Below, in pieces: positions 39,173 through 48,798 of a stretch of 64,000 nt of DNA. The DNA lies in IMG/VR virus record IMGVR_UViG_3300027754_000034, positions 62,001 to 126,000 of that record, one strand, 5' to 3'. The first letter of the stretch is position 1, and every line of letters begins with the position of its first letter. The notes under the pieces are model-generated. The model worked only from the letters and a program-made list of their open reading frames with translations, had not been told where the DNA came from and made no database searches. Made by a program: the position numbers and the translations under genes.

Positions 39173-39799
39173 CTACTTCAGCCACACCTGTTGCGGATCG
39201 CCGTCGTCCGTGCACCAATTTTGCCATTTATGGGTTCCCTGAAGCGATTCGATAAGGTTATGGGACACAACGGAGAGATCCTTAAGGGTAAAGAATTCCT
39301 CTCGGAAGCTGCTATCCGGCATCGCCTTGCAGGCTTCATGTACAGCCATGCTATATACGAAGCCGGTCATTGGCGGGATCATGACACCAATCATAGAAAG
39401 GACGCCTTGGAGCCTTGAAAGGATTCCTTTACCTCCCATCGAGTGCTCGGTGACGAGCACGGCGGCTGGTTTTCCTGCCATACAGTAATGGTCGTTCACG
39501 AGAGTCATCCGTTCCAGCATCTGTTGGAGCTTACTGGACCACGAATCCCAGTAGGTGCCGGTCGTGAAAACGTACCCGATGGCACCGTGCATCGTATCTC
39601 GTAGATCTCCCCATGGAGCTTGCGGGTCTACTAGCACGATCTCATATCCAGCTTCTACCAAGGCGTCGATTACTGTCTTGACCAGGATTTTCGTGTTCCC
39701 ACCAAGCCCGCCCTCAATAACAGCCACATACCGTGTATTGCATATGGGTATATCGAGGTTACTTCGAAGCGACCCCAAGTCTAGGTCAGACACGTTCAT
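39173..39799 (-). CDS. Flavodoxin-like / NADPH-dependent FMN reductase
   Basis: GLGGNT, YVFTTGTYWDSWSS, GKPAAVLVT, GGKG; noticeably higher GC than its neighbours. Confidence 0.78.
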   Translation of the reverse strand: MNVSDLDLGSLRSNLDIPICNTRYVAVIEGGLGGNTKILVKTVIDALVEAGYEIVLVDPQAPWGDLRDTMHGAIGYVFTTGTYWDSWSSKLQQMLERMTLVNDHYCMAGKPAAVLVTEHSMGGKGILSRLQGVLSMIGVMIPPMTGFVYSMAVHEACKAMPDSSFREEFFTLKDLSVVSHNLIESLQGTHKWQNWCTDDGDPQQVWLK

Positions 39800-40042
39800 G
39801 ACTTTTCCTCCATCAAAGCTTCCATCTCGTCCACCTCTTTATTACACCGTGGACAGAAAACGCACGCGGGAAACCAGTCATATACTCGCACTTTCTTCTT
39901 ACATATAAAGCATAGGTGGGTGCAAATGAAGATGCGCTTTACCTTCATGAGAGGGCATGGGCGTTCACTTCGAGCCAATCAAACGTCTCGTGTTGTGGAG
40001 AAGTCTAATATTCTATGTAGTCTAATATTTTTCATAGTGTTC

Positions 40043-40795
40043 TCAGCTTATTAAATCATCATAATTAATCGATTTAATGATTTCTTCCTCTGAAGATGAA
40101 GATCCTAACATACTAGTCACACTAGGAGAAGAGAAAAAATCGGATATCATCTGTGCATGAACTGTATCCTTTGGTTCAGGAAGGTCATCTGGTCTTCGAT
40201 TAGGATCCATTATATCGATCGGATTTAAATCATCAGTCAGTACAGGAGCTCTCATCCCGTTAGGAACACTTCTATCCTGGTTAATCTGAGGCCGAGAATA
40301 TCCTTCTCCTCCTCCCATTCTGATGAGAGCGTCATCTTTCACAAGGCTTCTCTGCATTTTTACATCTTGTGATGTGCCCCTGAGATGATCATACTTAACT
40401 TTCAATAACTTGGATGTTTCCTCAATATCAAGCAGATCAGATTTTAATAATGCCATATATTGATATTCTTCGGAAAGCATGGTCATTGCCAGTGCTTTCC
40501 GATCCTCAATAGATGGTTGCTTTCTTACTAAAACATCATCAGCCAATTTTTCAGAAACTTTCCGATCTATATCTAGCTCTGCCGCTTTTAATTTAATCTT
40601 CGTGTTTTTTTCTTGTATTTTAATGATTTGCATGTAATACATAACCCTATTCATATAATTACGACATTCTGATACTACTTTTTGTAAGTATTGAGTACCT
40701 AAGTGTGGTAATGTTGGATCGGTTTCTAGTTCCACAGAATAACTAGATACCTCGTCTAATACTTGCTGCAACTTCTCTCGACTATATTCGGTCAC
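40043..40795 (-). CDS. Coiled-coil protein (possible UvsY-like recombination mediator)
   Basis: Long helical region, acidic INYDDLIS tail, located near the SSB and RuvB genes. Confidence 0.45.
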   Translation of the reverse strand: MTEYSREKLQQVLDEVSSYSVELETDPTLPHLGTQYLQKVVSECRNYMNRVMYYMQIIKIQEKNTKIKLKAAELDIDRKVSEKLADDVLVRKQPSIEDRKALAMTMLSEEYQYMALLKSDLLDIEETSKLLKVKYDHLRGTSQDVKMQRSLVKDDALIRMGGGEGYSRPQINQDRSVPNGMRAPVLTDDLNPIDIMDPNRRPDDLPEPKDTVHAQMISDFFSSPSVTSMLGSSSSEEEIIKSINYDDLIS

Positions 40796-41073
40796 TTTTG
40801 ATTCCTCTTATCTAGAGCTGATTTCATTCCATCAAAATTCTGCCTTAAAACTTCGAATCTTTCTTTTGCATCTTCTTGTGAAATTTCTCCACGCAATAAA
40901 GCATCCTGTATAGCCCAAATGGTTACCTTTTTGCTGGCTTCTAACCTCATCCCCTCTACTTCCTCCATACTTACCGGGTTCGGGCATTTAAAATTCACGG
41001 ACACGAAGTTACTTGACCTTTTGCCCATTCCTGAATCGAATGAATATGATATAGTAAACCCGTCGATTAACAT
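40792..41073 (-). CDS. Hypothetical protein
   Basis: 93-aa ORF with CTGAGTGTAA upstream, coupled to the next gene. Confidence 0.65.
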   Translation of the reverse strand: MLIDGFTISYSFDSGMGKRSSNFVSVNFKCPNPVSMEEVEGMRLEASKKVTIWAIQDALLRGEISQEDAKERFEVLRQNFDGMKSALDKRNQK

Positions 41074-41263
41074 GAACTAATTTACACTCAGTCCATTCTT
41101 ACCTATCATCATATGAGTTATTCTATATATGACCGATTCGATAACTGAATCTTCTATGATATCTTCTGAAGGCTCTTCAGTATGCTTGTGAACAAAGCAT
41201 GTGCCCCGCTTGTAACTTTCCTCTATGGCTTTATAAATATTTTACATGTTTTGGCTTCATGTA

Positions 41264-41518
41264 CTACTCATCATATCTTTCTATTGAACAGCTATCAGTA
41301 ATTATCACGTAAGCTCGTGGGGCGTCTTTCTCTTGAATTACTCCCGCAACTTCGTTACCGCAAGAACATTTAACCACCACTCTGCGACATAGGGGGTCGT
41401 GTCTTTGGGACCCAGCAGGCCTTACAATTATGGCAGATTTTCTGACCCTAAGCATATTGGGATCCAAATTTATTCTTATATATTTAATTGAGTCTCTCGG
41501 GTCAAGATCCACTATCAT
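41264..41518 (-). CDS. Hypothetical protein
   Basis: 84-aa ORF directly after ruvB. Confidence 0.5.
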   Translation of the reverse strand: MIVDLDPRDSIKYIRINLDPNMLRVRKSAIIVRPAGSQRHDPLCRRVVVKCSCGNEVAGVIQEKDAPRAYVIITDSCSIERYDE

Positions 41519-41520
41519 GA

Positions 41521-42468
41521 TCAGTTATATTTTTCGACATGATTAATGCCTGATTTAGTAATTACTCTTCCCGAACTTATTTTGTTTACGAACCCTGAAT
41601 GAATTAGGAAAGGTTCAATCACAGACTCAATAGTGTCTGAATCGATATTAATGGAAGCGGAAATTGTATTCAATCCGACAGGTTTATTCATATTACGAAG
41701 TAAACGCAGATAGTGGCGTGAATTCTTATCTAGTCCTAACTCATCAATCCCTAGGTGTTCACACACTCTTCCGACAATTTCTTGATCGATATTTGTAAAT
41801 GAATAAGCCAGCGCAAAGTCTTGAATTCTACGAATTAATCTGTTAGCGATCCGAGGAGTACCCTTGCATCGTTTGGCAAGTTCTAAAGAAGCATCCTGAC
41901 TAATGGTTAATTCTAGCTTTTCCATATTATGAGAAATGATGGTAGCCATATCATGGTCTGAATAAGGTTCCATCTGAAGAATCTCACCAAATCTGTCTAG
42001 AAGAGGTTTTGATATCTTCCCTGGAACGGTAGTAGCGCCCACCAAAGTAAAGGGTTCTAATTCAATACAGATAGTTTCTCCGTTTGCGATAATGTCTAAC
42101 TTAAAATCCTCCATAGCTGTATAAAGTATTTCTTCAATTTTCGGGTTCAATGCATGAATTTCGTCAATAAATAAGATATCTTTATTTCCAAGACTAGCAA
42201 TCGCTGATATTAAGTCACCTTTATTCTGGATAGTAGCGGCATTAATGGTATGTAAAGTAGCACCGATTTCACAAGACAATGCATTAGCCAACGAGGTTTT
42301 ACCTAAACCTGATGGTCCTGAAATCAAGATATGATCAACCGGAGCATTCCGCTTCTTTGCAGAAGCTACAAAAACGCGCAAGTTGTCAATAATGTGCGCC
42401 TGACCAATGTAATTGGAAAAATCAGTGGGTCTAAGGGCTCGGTCGTGCTTCATGAAGGAATGACTCAT
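41521..42468 (-). CDS. ruvB: Holliday junction branch-migration ATPase RuvB
   Basis: ALRPTDF...YIGQ, GPSGLGKT, LFIDEIH, LYTAMEDF, FTLVGATT, DRFG, GTPRIANRL. Confidence 0.97.
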   Translation of the reverse strand: MSHSFMKHDRALRPTDFSNYIGQAHIIDNLRVFVASAKKRNAPVDHILISGPSGLGKTSLANALSCEIGATLHTINAATIQNKGDLISAIASLGNKDILFIDEIHALNPKIEEILYTAMEDFKLDIIANGETICIELEPFTLVGATTVPGKISKPLLDRFGEILQMEPYSDHDMATIISHNMEKLELTISQDASLELAKRCKGTPRIANRLIRRIQDFALAYSFTNIDQEIVGRVCEHLGIDELGLDKNSRHYLRLLRNMNKPVGLNTISASINIDSDTIESVIEPFLIHSGFVNKISSGRVITKSGINHVEKYN

Positions 42469-42483
42469 CTAATGGATGAATTT

Positions 42484-42678
42484 TCACATGGCATGAACAG
42501 CGTTTAAAATACCTAATTTACAATTATTCCTATAAGGGGATTGTATATTTGGTATGATGTTTGACGTTTTGGTTTTGTCTTCAGGATGACCCAGTACTCC
42601 GCATTTTTGACATTTATACGTCAAATTACTGCCTCTTAGTAATTCCCACTCATGTTCAGTTTCCATCAGTATCCCCAA
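42484..42678 (-). CDS. Hypothetical protein
   Basis: 64-aa ORF, HxW...CxxCG. Confidence 0.5.
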   Translation of the reverse strand: MGILMETEHEWELLRGSNLTYKCQKCGVLGHPEDKTKTSNIIPNIQSPYRNNCKLGILNAVHAM

Positions 42679-43642
42679 AATATTCTTTGACCATGAGGTT
42701 ACCGTAGTGTCTAGCTCTGGACTTTATTTTCCTAAAACAGTCTGTTTCTATCTGCCGAATTCGTTCTCGGCTTAAATCTAATATCCCTCCTATTTCCTCA
42801 AGAGTACATGGCTCTTTACCATTAAGTCCATAACGATGGGTAAGAACTAGTTGCTCCTTCTGACTAAGAAATTTAAGTATCTCACTTATTACAGCAGATT
42901 TTTCTGTGGATTCATAAGAGTTATCAGGTTCCGAATCATGACTGACCAGTAAATCTCCTACAGTGATTTCTGAGTTAAAACTAATTTTATCATCAAATGA
43001 TTTTATTCTGATTCTTGACGCTTCTAAAATTCTGTTATTTAGATTTTTAGATTTTATGATTTCTTCGATATTCTCACCTCCATTTTCGGAAAAGGATTTA
43101 TGACTTTCTTTCTTGATCTGACTTAATTTATCACATATGTTCGTTGGTATTCGAATAGTGCTTATGTTATTTTCTTGATATCTACCAATTGCTTGTCTTA
43201 TCCACCATGAAGCATAAGTACTAAACTTATATCCCAATTCTTGGTTAAATCTCAGTACCGCTTGAATCAGTCCGATAGACCCCTCTTGGTAGTATTCTTC
43301 ATAATCTATGCTAGTGGTACCCCTTTTACACCATTTTCTTGTCCAATAAGCTACCAGTGGGAGATTTTGTCTCACGCATTCTCGTAAAACGTTGTCCTTA
43401 TCTATTTTTAGACTGCGGTACTTTTCAGTCCATGAATCATTAGATTTACTAGCTACGGAGTCTGCTTCCTTTACAAGAGAGTCTATCCATTCTCTTGCGT
43501 GGGCGGAATACCTTTTTTCCTTAATATCAGACAGACTTGGCAATTCTTGGCGATATGTCTTAAAGCAGTCTAAATCTAAGATATGGTGAATGAATTGCGA
43601 CTCTAAGTCTGCGAATATTGAGAAATTATTTAAAATCATCAT
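42656..43642 (-). CDS. RpoD/RpoS-like group 1-2 sigma-70 factor
   Basis: NLPLV, QEGSIGLIQAVLRF, GYKFSTYASWWIRQAI, TLEEIG...SRERIRQIE. Confidence 0.93.
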   Translation of the reverse strand: MMILNNFSIFADLESQFIHHILDLDCFKTYRQELPSLSDIKEKRYSAHAREWIDSLVKEADSVASKSNDSWTEKYRSLKIDKDNVLRECVRQNLPLVAYWTRKWCKRGTTSIDYEEYYQEGSIGLIQAVLRFNQELGYKFSTYASWWIRQAIGRYQENNISTIRIPTNICDKLSQIKKESHKSFSENGGENIEEIIKSKNLNNRILEASRIRIKSFDDKISFNSEITVGDLLVSHDSEPDNSYESTEKSAVISEILKFLSQKEQLVLTHRYGLNGKEPCTLEEIGGILDLSRERIRQIETDCFRKIKSRARHYGNLMVKEYFGDTDGN

Positions 43643-43947
43643 ATTGTAGACATATTATGGAGAAGGAAGAACCTGTCCCTCATCTTCTTTGAGCCGTTAT
43701 TTAAAACGAACTTCTCATCTTCTCTAAATTCTGACGTTTCTTGTATAGAAATTTCCATTCGAGACGGGATGTGGCCCTTCACAGATATAGCTACGTAGGT
43801 GTACTCTCCCGTTTGTATTATATCATCGATTCCCAAATACTCTAATCTAAGATCATCAGATTCAATCTCTGAAGCACTTTTTATATTATAAACCCCTAGT
43901 CCATATGAAAGAATCAATAACTCTCCCGGTTCAAGCCAACCCTTCAT
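43639..43947 (-). CDS. Hypothetical protein
   Basis: 102-aa ORF coupled to the sigma gene. Confidence 0.55.
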   Translation of the reverse strand: MKGWLEPGELLILSYGLGVYNIKSASEIESDDLRLEYLGIDDIIQTGEYTYVAISVKGHIPSRMEISIQETSEFREDEKFVLNNGSKKMRDRFFLLHNMSTI

Positions 43948-43962
43948 ATTATATAATACAGT

Positions 43963-44379
43963 TCAAACCCGTGGCAAATGCCTTAGACCAAATGCATCTT
44001 TTAGTAAATTAAGTATTATAACCAAAGAACTAACCGTTTCAGAATCACTTATTTCATTTAAGTATGATAAAGCTTCAAGCTCATATGAAATAGATTTGAG
44101 TACTAATGATCGAGCTTTATCGTCGTTACCCTTTGCGGATTCGATCTTAGCGTCTCTCAATAAAACATTCGATTCCTTCCTTATTACATCTACTAAGTCA
44201 CTCGTCGTAACTTTATGGTCATCATATCTCAGAGATTCTTCATGAGAAGATTCTAAACAAGCATTAAGGTAGTCCGAAAGTTTTATCTTATTATCTTTTT
44301 CGTTAAGCTCTCTCTCGACTCCTTCTAAAATAGTCAACAGTGGCTCTACAATAGTAAGCACTATCTTGCGCTGTCTCAT
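43963..44379 (-). CDS. Hypothetical protein
   Basis: 138-aa helical ORF. Confidence 0.55.
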   Translation of the reverse strand: MRQRKIVLTIVEPLLTILEGVERELNEKDNKIKLSDYLNACLESSHEESLRYDDHKVTTSDLVDVIRKESNVLLRDAKIESAKGNDDKARSLVLKSISYELEALSYLNEISDSETVSSLVIILNLLKDAFGLRHLPRV

Positions 44380-44403
44380 CCAGATATAATAATTAAATAA
44401 AGT

Positions 44404-45015
44404 TTATTTATATATTTTATTATCCGAACAACATCTCCCGGTAGTCGCATAATCATGCCAATTGGGGCTGTGCGTAGTGTTTATACTATTACAAACACCT
44501 TCTCTTGACCAAAATCCACGGGTCAAAGCGTATTTACCCCTTCCTATTGAAACCCATTCTTGGGCCGAGTTTATCATCATTCTTGCTCCAGTCTTTCCTA
44601 CACACTTTGGATACTGACTCGGTATCGAATACTGATTAAGTCTACTCAATTCTTTTCCATTTCTACTTGCCACTAAATTCCATTTTGGAGCGATATAATT
44701 TCTTATAGAAGGGCAACTCTCCGGTACAGTTCCTTCACAAGCAGAAACCCATTCTTGGTGACTACATATACGTTTACCTTTGGATTCACAAATGGATTTT
44801 AGGTCCCAAGTCATTCCCCCTAGATCTATGTAGTCTTCATATAACGCTGAAATACCCAGCGTAGGTTTTCTTTCTTCAGACGCATTTATAGGATAAATAT
44901 CTATACATGTTCCTAGAACAGTGGGCACCATGTCTGTGGGACATGACATCAGATTTAGACTAGTCCATACTATCCGAATATAATGGATAGCTTCATTTAT
45001 TTCGAAAATTCCCAT
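44404..45015 (-). CDS. FGE/sulfatase-modifying factor (C-type lectin-fold) domain protein
   Basis: CIDIY, CESKGKRICSHQEWVSACEG, EWV, RGFW, C...H...TGRCC. Confidence 0.75.
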   Translation of the reverse strand: MGIFEINEAIHYIRIVWTSLNLMSCPTDMVPTVLGTCIDIYPINASEERKPTLGISALYEDYIDLGGMTWDLKSICESKGKRICSHQEWVSACEGTVPESCPSIRNYIAPKWNLVASRNGKELSRLNQYSIPSQYPKCVGKTGARMMINSAQEWVSIGRGKYALTRGFWSREGVCNSINTTHSPNWHDYATTGRCCSDNKIYK

Positions 45016-45030
45016 AATAACTCACTTTTG

Positions 45031-45117
45031 CGGAGACTGAGAGATTCGAACTCTCGGTACCATTAATGGTACACATGATTTCCAATCATGCACCTTCGGC
45101 CACTCGGTCAAGTCTCC
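45031..45117 (-). tRNA. tRNA-Ser(GGA)
   Basis: GGAGACT/AGTCTCC acceptor stem, CATGA-TTGGAAA-TCATG anticodon arm, long variable arm, GAGAG-TTCGAAT-CTCTC T arm, G discriminator, no encoded CCA. Confidence 0.95.
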
Positions 45118-45143
45118 AGTTAAAGTATCAGAAATTACAGTCA

Positions 45144-45971
45144 CTACCCAGTTACTAGTATCTCTTTCATGGATTTCCTTGAATCTGGGGAACCACCTAT
45201 ACTACGGTTCCCCATTAACATTGTAACTTTACAATCCGAGTATAATGAAATACTTTCCTCGGAAGCGGAGTTGGATAACAAACACTTTATCCCCCTAGAA
45301 TTTAAATCCGTAAATAAATCCTTTAATTCAGCGTGATCTTTTTGATGAAACCCTCCACTAGTATAATTTGTGAACTTTGCGCTTTTGCTAATAGGAAGAT
45401 ATGGAGGATCAAAATAAATCACGTCTCCCATCCTTGAGGATACGACCGCTTGTTTAAAATCAGTGGTGGTAAGCTTAGCCTTTTCCAGAGATTTTGATAC
45501 TTTTTTTAGGTTATCGCTAGATACTATCAGAGGGTCTACATACTTTCCATAAGGGACATTAAACTTTCCCGATTTGTTTACTCTATACAAGCCATTAAAA
45601 CATGTTTTATTCAGGAATATAAACCTTGCTGCTACCTCAATATCATTTAGGGAATCCCTAGATAAAGATCTTATATCATAAAAAGATCTTTCTTCATTTT
45701 TATATAGAGGCTTTAAGATTTCTTGCAGCAACAAATCTAGATTATACTTTATTACTTCATATGTCACGATCAATTCTTCATTACTGTCGTTTAGGTATGC
45801 TTCTTTTATTAAATTGCGACTACTTAGATAAAAGAATACTGCTCCGCCACCCAAAAAAGGCTCGTAATAATTAAATGGGGTTATCGGAAAGAGGTCAGTC
45901 AGATGGGGAATCATCCTAGATTTACCGCCTGCCCATTTTAGAAATGGTTTTACAGTCTCACTTTTTGACAT
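45144..45971 (-). CDS. dam: DNA adenine methyltransferase (Dam/D12 class)
   Basis: KWAGGK, EPFLGGGAV, NKTCFNGLYRVN, DPPY. Confidence 0.95.
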   Translation of the reverse strand: MSKSETVKPFLKWAGGKSRMIPHLTDLFPITPFNYYEPFLGGGAVFFYLSSRNLIKEAYLNDSNEELIVTYEVIKYNLDLLLQEILKPLYKNEERSFYDIRSLSRDSLNDIEVAARFIFLNKTCFNGLYRVNKSGKFNVPYGKYVDPLIVSSDNLKKVSKSLEKAKLTTTDFKQAVVSSRMGDVIYFDPPYLPISKSAKFTNYTSGGFHQKDHAELKDLFTDLNSRGIKCLLSNSASEESISLYSDCKVTMLMGNRSIGGSPDSRKSMKEILVTG

Positions 45972-46485
45972 TTTTCCTTTGTTCTTTTGTAACAGTTTTG
46001 TGGCATTTTATACATAGAGTTCGCAAATTGTCCAGGCCAGATTGCCCACCACCATCAAATACAGGAATTCTATGATCTGCGTGCCATAGAGATTTTTTAG
46101 ATTCCTTCATTGTAATCCTAAGTAACTGTAAAATATTTACAAAAAAGACGTTGGTCAGATATTGATCACCATCTTCTTTTTTTGCTTTTCTAGAAATATT
46201 TTCTAGTTCTATTTTCTGATATCTTGTATCAGTGAGGCACAACTCACATATTCCTAAATCCCTTTCATATAACGTCTCTCTCATATATTTATTATTCGAT
46301 CTTATTCTCCATTCGTGAACACATGGGTCTGAACAAAAGGTCCTCTTGGGTGGATAAACCTCTTTTTTACAGTATCGACAAAATCTATTTCCCGACGAGC
46401 TGCGTAACCCCTTTGATTCTTTTTCATTTTCTTTTATTTCTAGACGTCTTTTTTTCATATGTTTGCATTTACGTAAGGCTTCCAA
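45958..46485 (-). CDS. HNH endonuclease with N-terminal Zn finger
   Basis: CRYC..FCS..C, ERD.GIC..C, ADHRIP...GG...NLRTLC..CH. Confidence 0.88.
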   Translation of the reverse strand: MEALRKCKHMKKRRLEIKENEKESKGLRSSSGNRFCRYCKKEVYPPKRTFCSDPCVHEWRIRSNNKYMRETLYERDLGICELCLTDTRYQKIELENISRKAKKEDGDQYLTNVFFVNILQLLRITMKESKKSLWHADHRIPVFDGGGQSGLDNLRTLCIKCHKTVTKEQRKNVKK

Positions 46486-47048
46486 GATTCATATATCATT
46501 TCGCATAAAATATCATGGTTCACAATATCGTTCCATGAAGGCCTGACGGGTCTCTTTCTTAGAATCATGCCAGCCTGTTCAGGGGTTCTATTTCCCTTTT
46601 TTGCGTTACATGAATAACAGCAAGTTACTATATTGTCCCATGTAGTTTTACCACCACGACTGCGTGGAATGACATGGTCATAATTTAGTTCGTTCTCAGA
46701 TTTCTTTTTTTCGCAATATTGACATACATATAGATCTCTTTTATATACGTGAGGCCTAGTGAATGAAACATCGGCTTTTCTGAAAATGTCCTTACGACTC
46801 ATACAAACAACTGCAGGATTATATATTTTCAGATCACCTTTACCGTCATTCACATTTCGACCGAAAGCCCTAACCACATGAATGAATTCTTTAAACCTAT
46901 CACACTTAATTATACCCCATAAATCTTCATTATATTCTAAGACATTGGATATTTTATTACTAAATATCATACATATCGCTTTTTGGGAATCTACTATACT
47001 CTGCGGTAGATATGATCTAGTGAGTACAAGGGTGTTGGTTGCCGACAT
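46455..47048 (-). CDS. HNH endonuclease (McrA-like)
   Basis: RDLYVCQYC, DHVIPRSRGG..TWDNIVTCC..CN..KGNRTPEQAGM. Confidence 0.92.
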   Translation of the reverse strand: MSATNTLVLTRSYLPQSIVDSQKAICMIFSNKISNVLEYNEDLWGIIKCDRFKEFIHVVRAFGRNVNDGKGDLKIYNPAVVCMSRKDIFRKADVSFTRPHVYKRDLYVCQYCEKKKSENELNYDHVIPRSRGGKTTWDNIVTCCYSCNAKKGNRTPEQAGMILRKRPVRPSWNDIVNHDILCEMIYESWKPYVNANI

Positions 47049-47160
47049 GAGATAACAACTATACAGTGATCGGGCTTAGAATCCATAAATCTTTTTGTTC
47101 CTTCTGAGCCCAGAATTTTTATTGCTTGTCTATTATAGAAAAATCAGAAGATAAAATCAA

Positions 47161-47451
47161 ATGACATCATCACAAAATCTCTCTAAGGAAGTCATAACCA
47201 TAAATGAAAAAGTAGTAAATATTTTAAATTTCACAAATAAAGAAATTAAAGAATTTCATGAAGAAGTAGCAAACATGAATTCTGATTCCACAAATGAAAT
47301 AAGAAAATGTTGGTCAAACAACTTTTATTCCTGCGAAGACTACTTGAAAGACTTTAGTTACATATCAAATAACAAATATAAAATAGATAAAATGACGCTG
47401 GCTTCAAGTCTTTATACTTTGAGCATAATACTTTTAGTTATCTGGTTTTAA
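47161..47451 (+). CDS. Hypothetical membrane protein
   Basis: C-terminal hydrophobic helix. Confidence 0.45.
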   Translation: MTSSQNLSKEVITINEKVVNILNFTNKEIKEFHEEVANMNSDSTNEIRKCWSNNFYSCEDYLKDFSYISNNKYKIDKMTLASSLYTLSIILLVIWF

Positions 47452-47495
47452 TATATCAGCAGTTTTAATTTTTAGTAAGCTCTCTGCATGAGAGT

Positions 47496-48515
47496 ATGGA
47501 ATCCACTACAAAAAAATATCTAGTATTTATTAGTGTTATTTTACTACTCATTGGAGTCATAGTATTCCTACAGAATAAAATAAATAAATTAAAATATACC
47601 ATAGTAGATCAAAAGTCTCAAAAGACTCTGGATGATGGTGTAGTCAAGAGTGGAAACACCAAGGTAGAGCCAGGGGCTATTGTTGATGCCGGTAAGAATG
47701 CAGGAATCCCTATAGATGGAATTAAAACAGATGCTGATGCAAATGGTGAAAAAGTAACAGGAATAAACACCACGAATTCAAATAGTAGTGGAGACAAAAA
47801 AGTAAATTTATCATCATCTAGGACGGAACCTAGAAAAGACATTCATCCCACCATTATCGAAGAACCGCCACACTCCGCGCCTATCGACTGCAGTAAGCTT
47901 GTGAAGTGTCCAGATAATCCTGACAAATACGGATACTTTATTAATAAACAAATACTTAACATTCATGAACCATTTAATAATTTAAATTTACCTTTTGGTG
48001 ATATGGGATTTAGTGCGTGGCAAGAAAAACCGTGGTCCTATACTATTTTTCCTCGAAATTATGAATCTACTATAGTGATAACTGAGAATGAATATGGTAA
48101 AAAATCAGCTTATGCTAGGTTCAGCGTCAAAGTAAATGAAAAATCATACGATATTCCAATTAGCAAGTCACAGCTAATATACTCTGATTTACCATCTACT
48201 TGGAATTTGAATCCTAGAATAATGGCTGGCATGTCTGTTGGAGTTGGGATTCCTCTATCATTTGTGTGGGGTCCTTCTCTTGGAGTCACAATAGGCAGCT
48301 ATGGAAGATATATAAGTTCACCCGATTGGTTTTTTGGAATTATATCCGTAGGATATGAAATTAATCAAAGGAACATATTCTTATCTGTAGATCCTGTTTT
48401 ATATAAAATAAGCAATCACATTCCTTTTACAAATAACCTTTATATCGGCCCCACTTTGGGAATCGATATGAGCGGGAATTTTATCGGATCAGCATCTCTA
48501 AAACTTGCCTTTTGA
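47496..48515 (+). CDS. Membrane-anchored/exported protein with beta-rich C-terminus
   Basis: N-terminal TM segment; the C-terminus has alternating hydrophobic strands ending in F. Confidence 0.6.
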   Translation: MESTTKKYLVFISVILLLIGVIVFLQNKINKLKYTIVDQKSQKTLDDGVVKSGNTKVEPGAIVDAGKNAGIPIDGIKTDADANGEKVTGINTTNSNSSGDKKVNLSSSRTEPRKDIHPTIIEEPPHSAPIDCSKLVKCPDNPDKYGYFINKQILNIHEPFNNLNLPFGDMGFSAWQEKPWSYTIFPRNYESTIVITENEYGKKSAYARFSVKVNEKSYDIPISKSQLIYSDLPSTWNLNPRIMAGMSVGVGIPLSFVWGPSLGVTIGSYGRYISSPDWFFGIISVGYEINQRNIFLSVDPVLYKISNHIPFTNNLYIGPTLGIDMSGNFIGSASLKLAF

Positions 48516-48731
48516 GTGACCCCTAAACACAATCAATCCATGAGATAAGTCGTATGGAGATAAAGCCACTCTTACCGGGTCTCCCACAATTACCCGTATA
48601 CGATTTTGCCTCATTTTACCATTTAATCGGCCTACAACAGGAGGCCCTCCATTTTTTAAATCAATTCTAAATATTCCGCCATTAGAATCCAATACTACAC
48701 CATCAAACTCAATGTGATCTTCTCTAGGCAT
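48498..48731 (-). CDS. infA: Translation initiation factor IF-1
   Basis: EDHIEFDGVV, GKMRQNRIRVIVGDPV.V.LSPYDLSHGLIVFR. Confidence 0.95.
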   Translation of the reverse strand: MPREDHIEFDGVVLDSNGGIFRIDLKNGGPPVVGRLNGKMRQNRIRVIVGDPVRVALSPYDLSHGLIVFRGHSKGKF

Positions 48732-48798
48732 ACTCTGTAGGGTACATTACCAAATTGTTTGGCTGTTAGATAGGTGTTTAATCAGGATTGAAACTAAA

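Noticed and set aside
44404-45015. Diversity-generating retroelement target (C-type lectin fold)
   Set aside because: No reverse transcriptase and no template/variable repeat pair was seen in the window.
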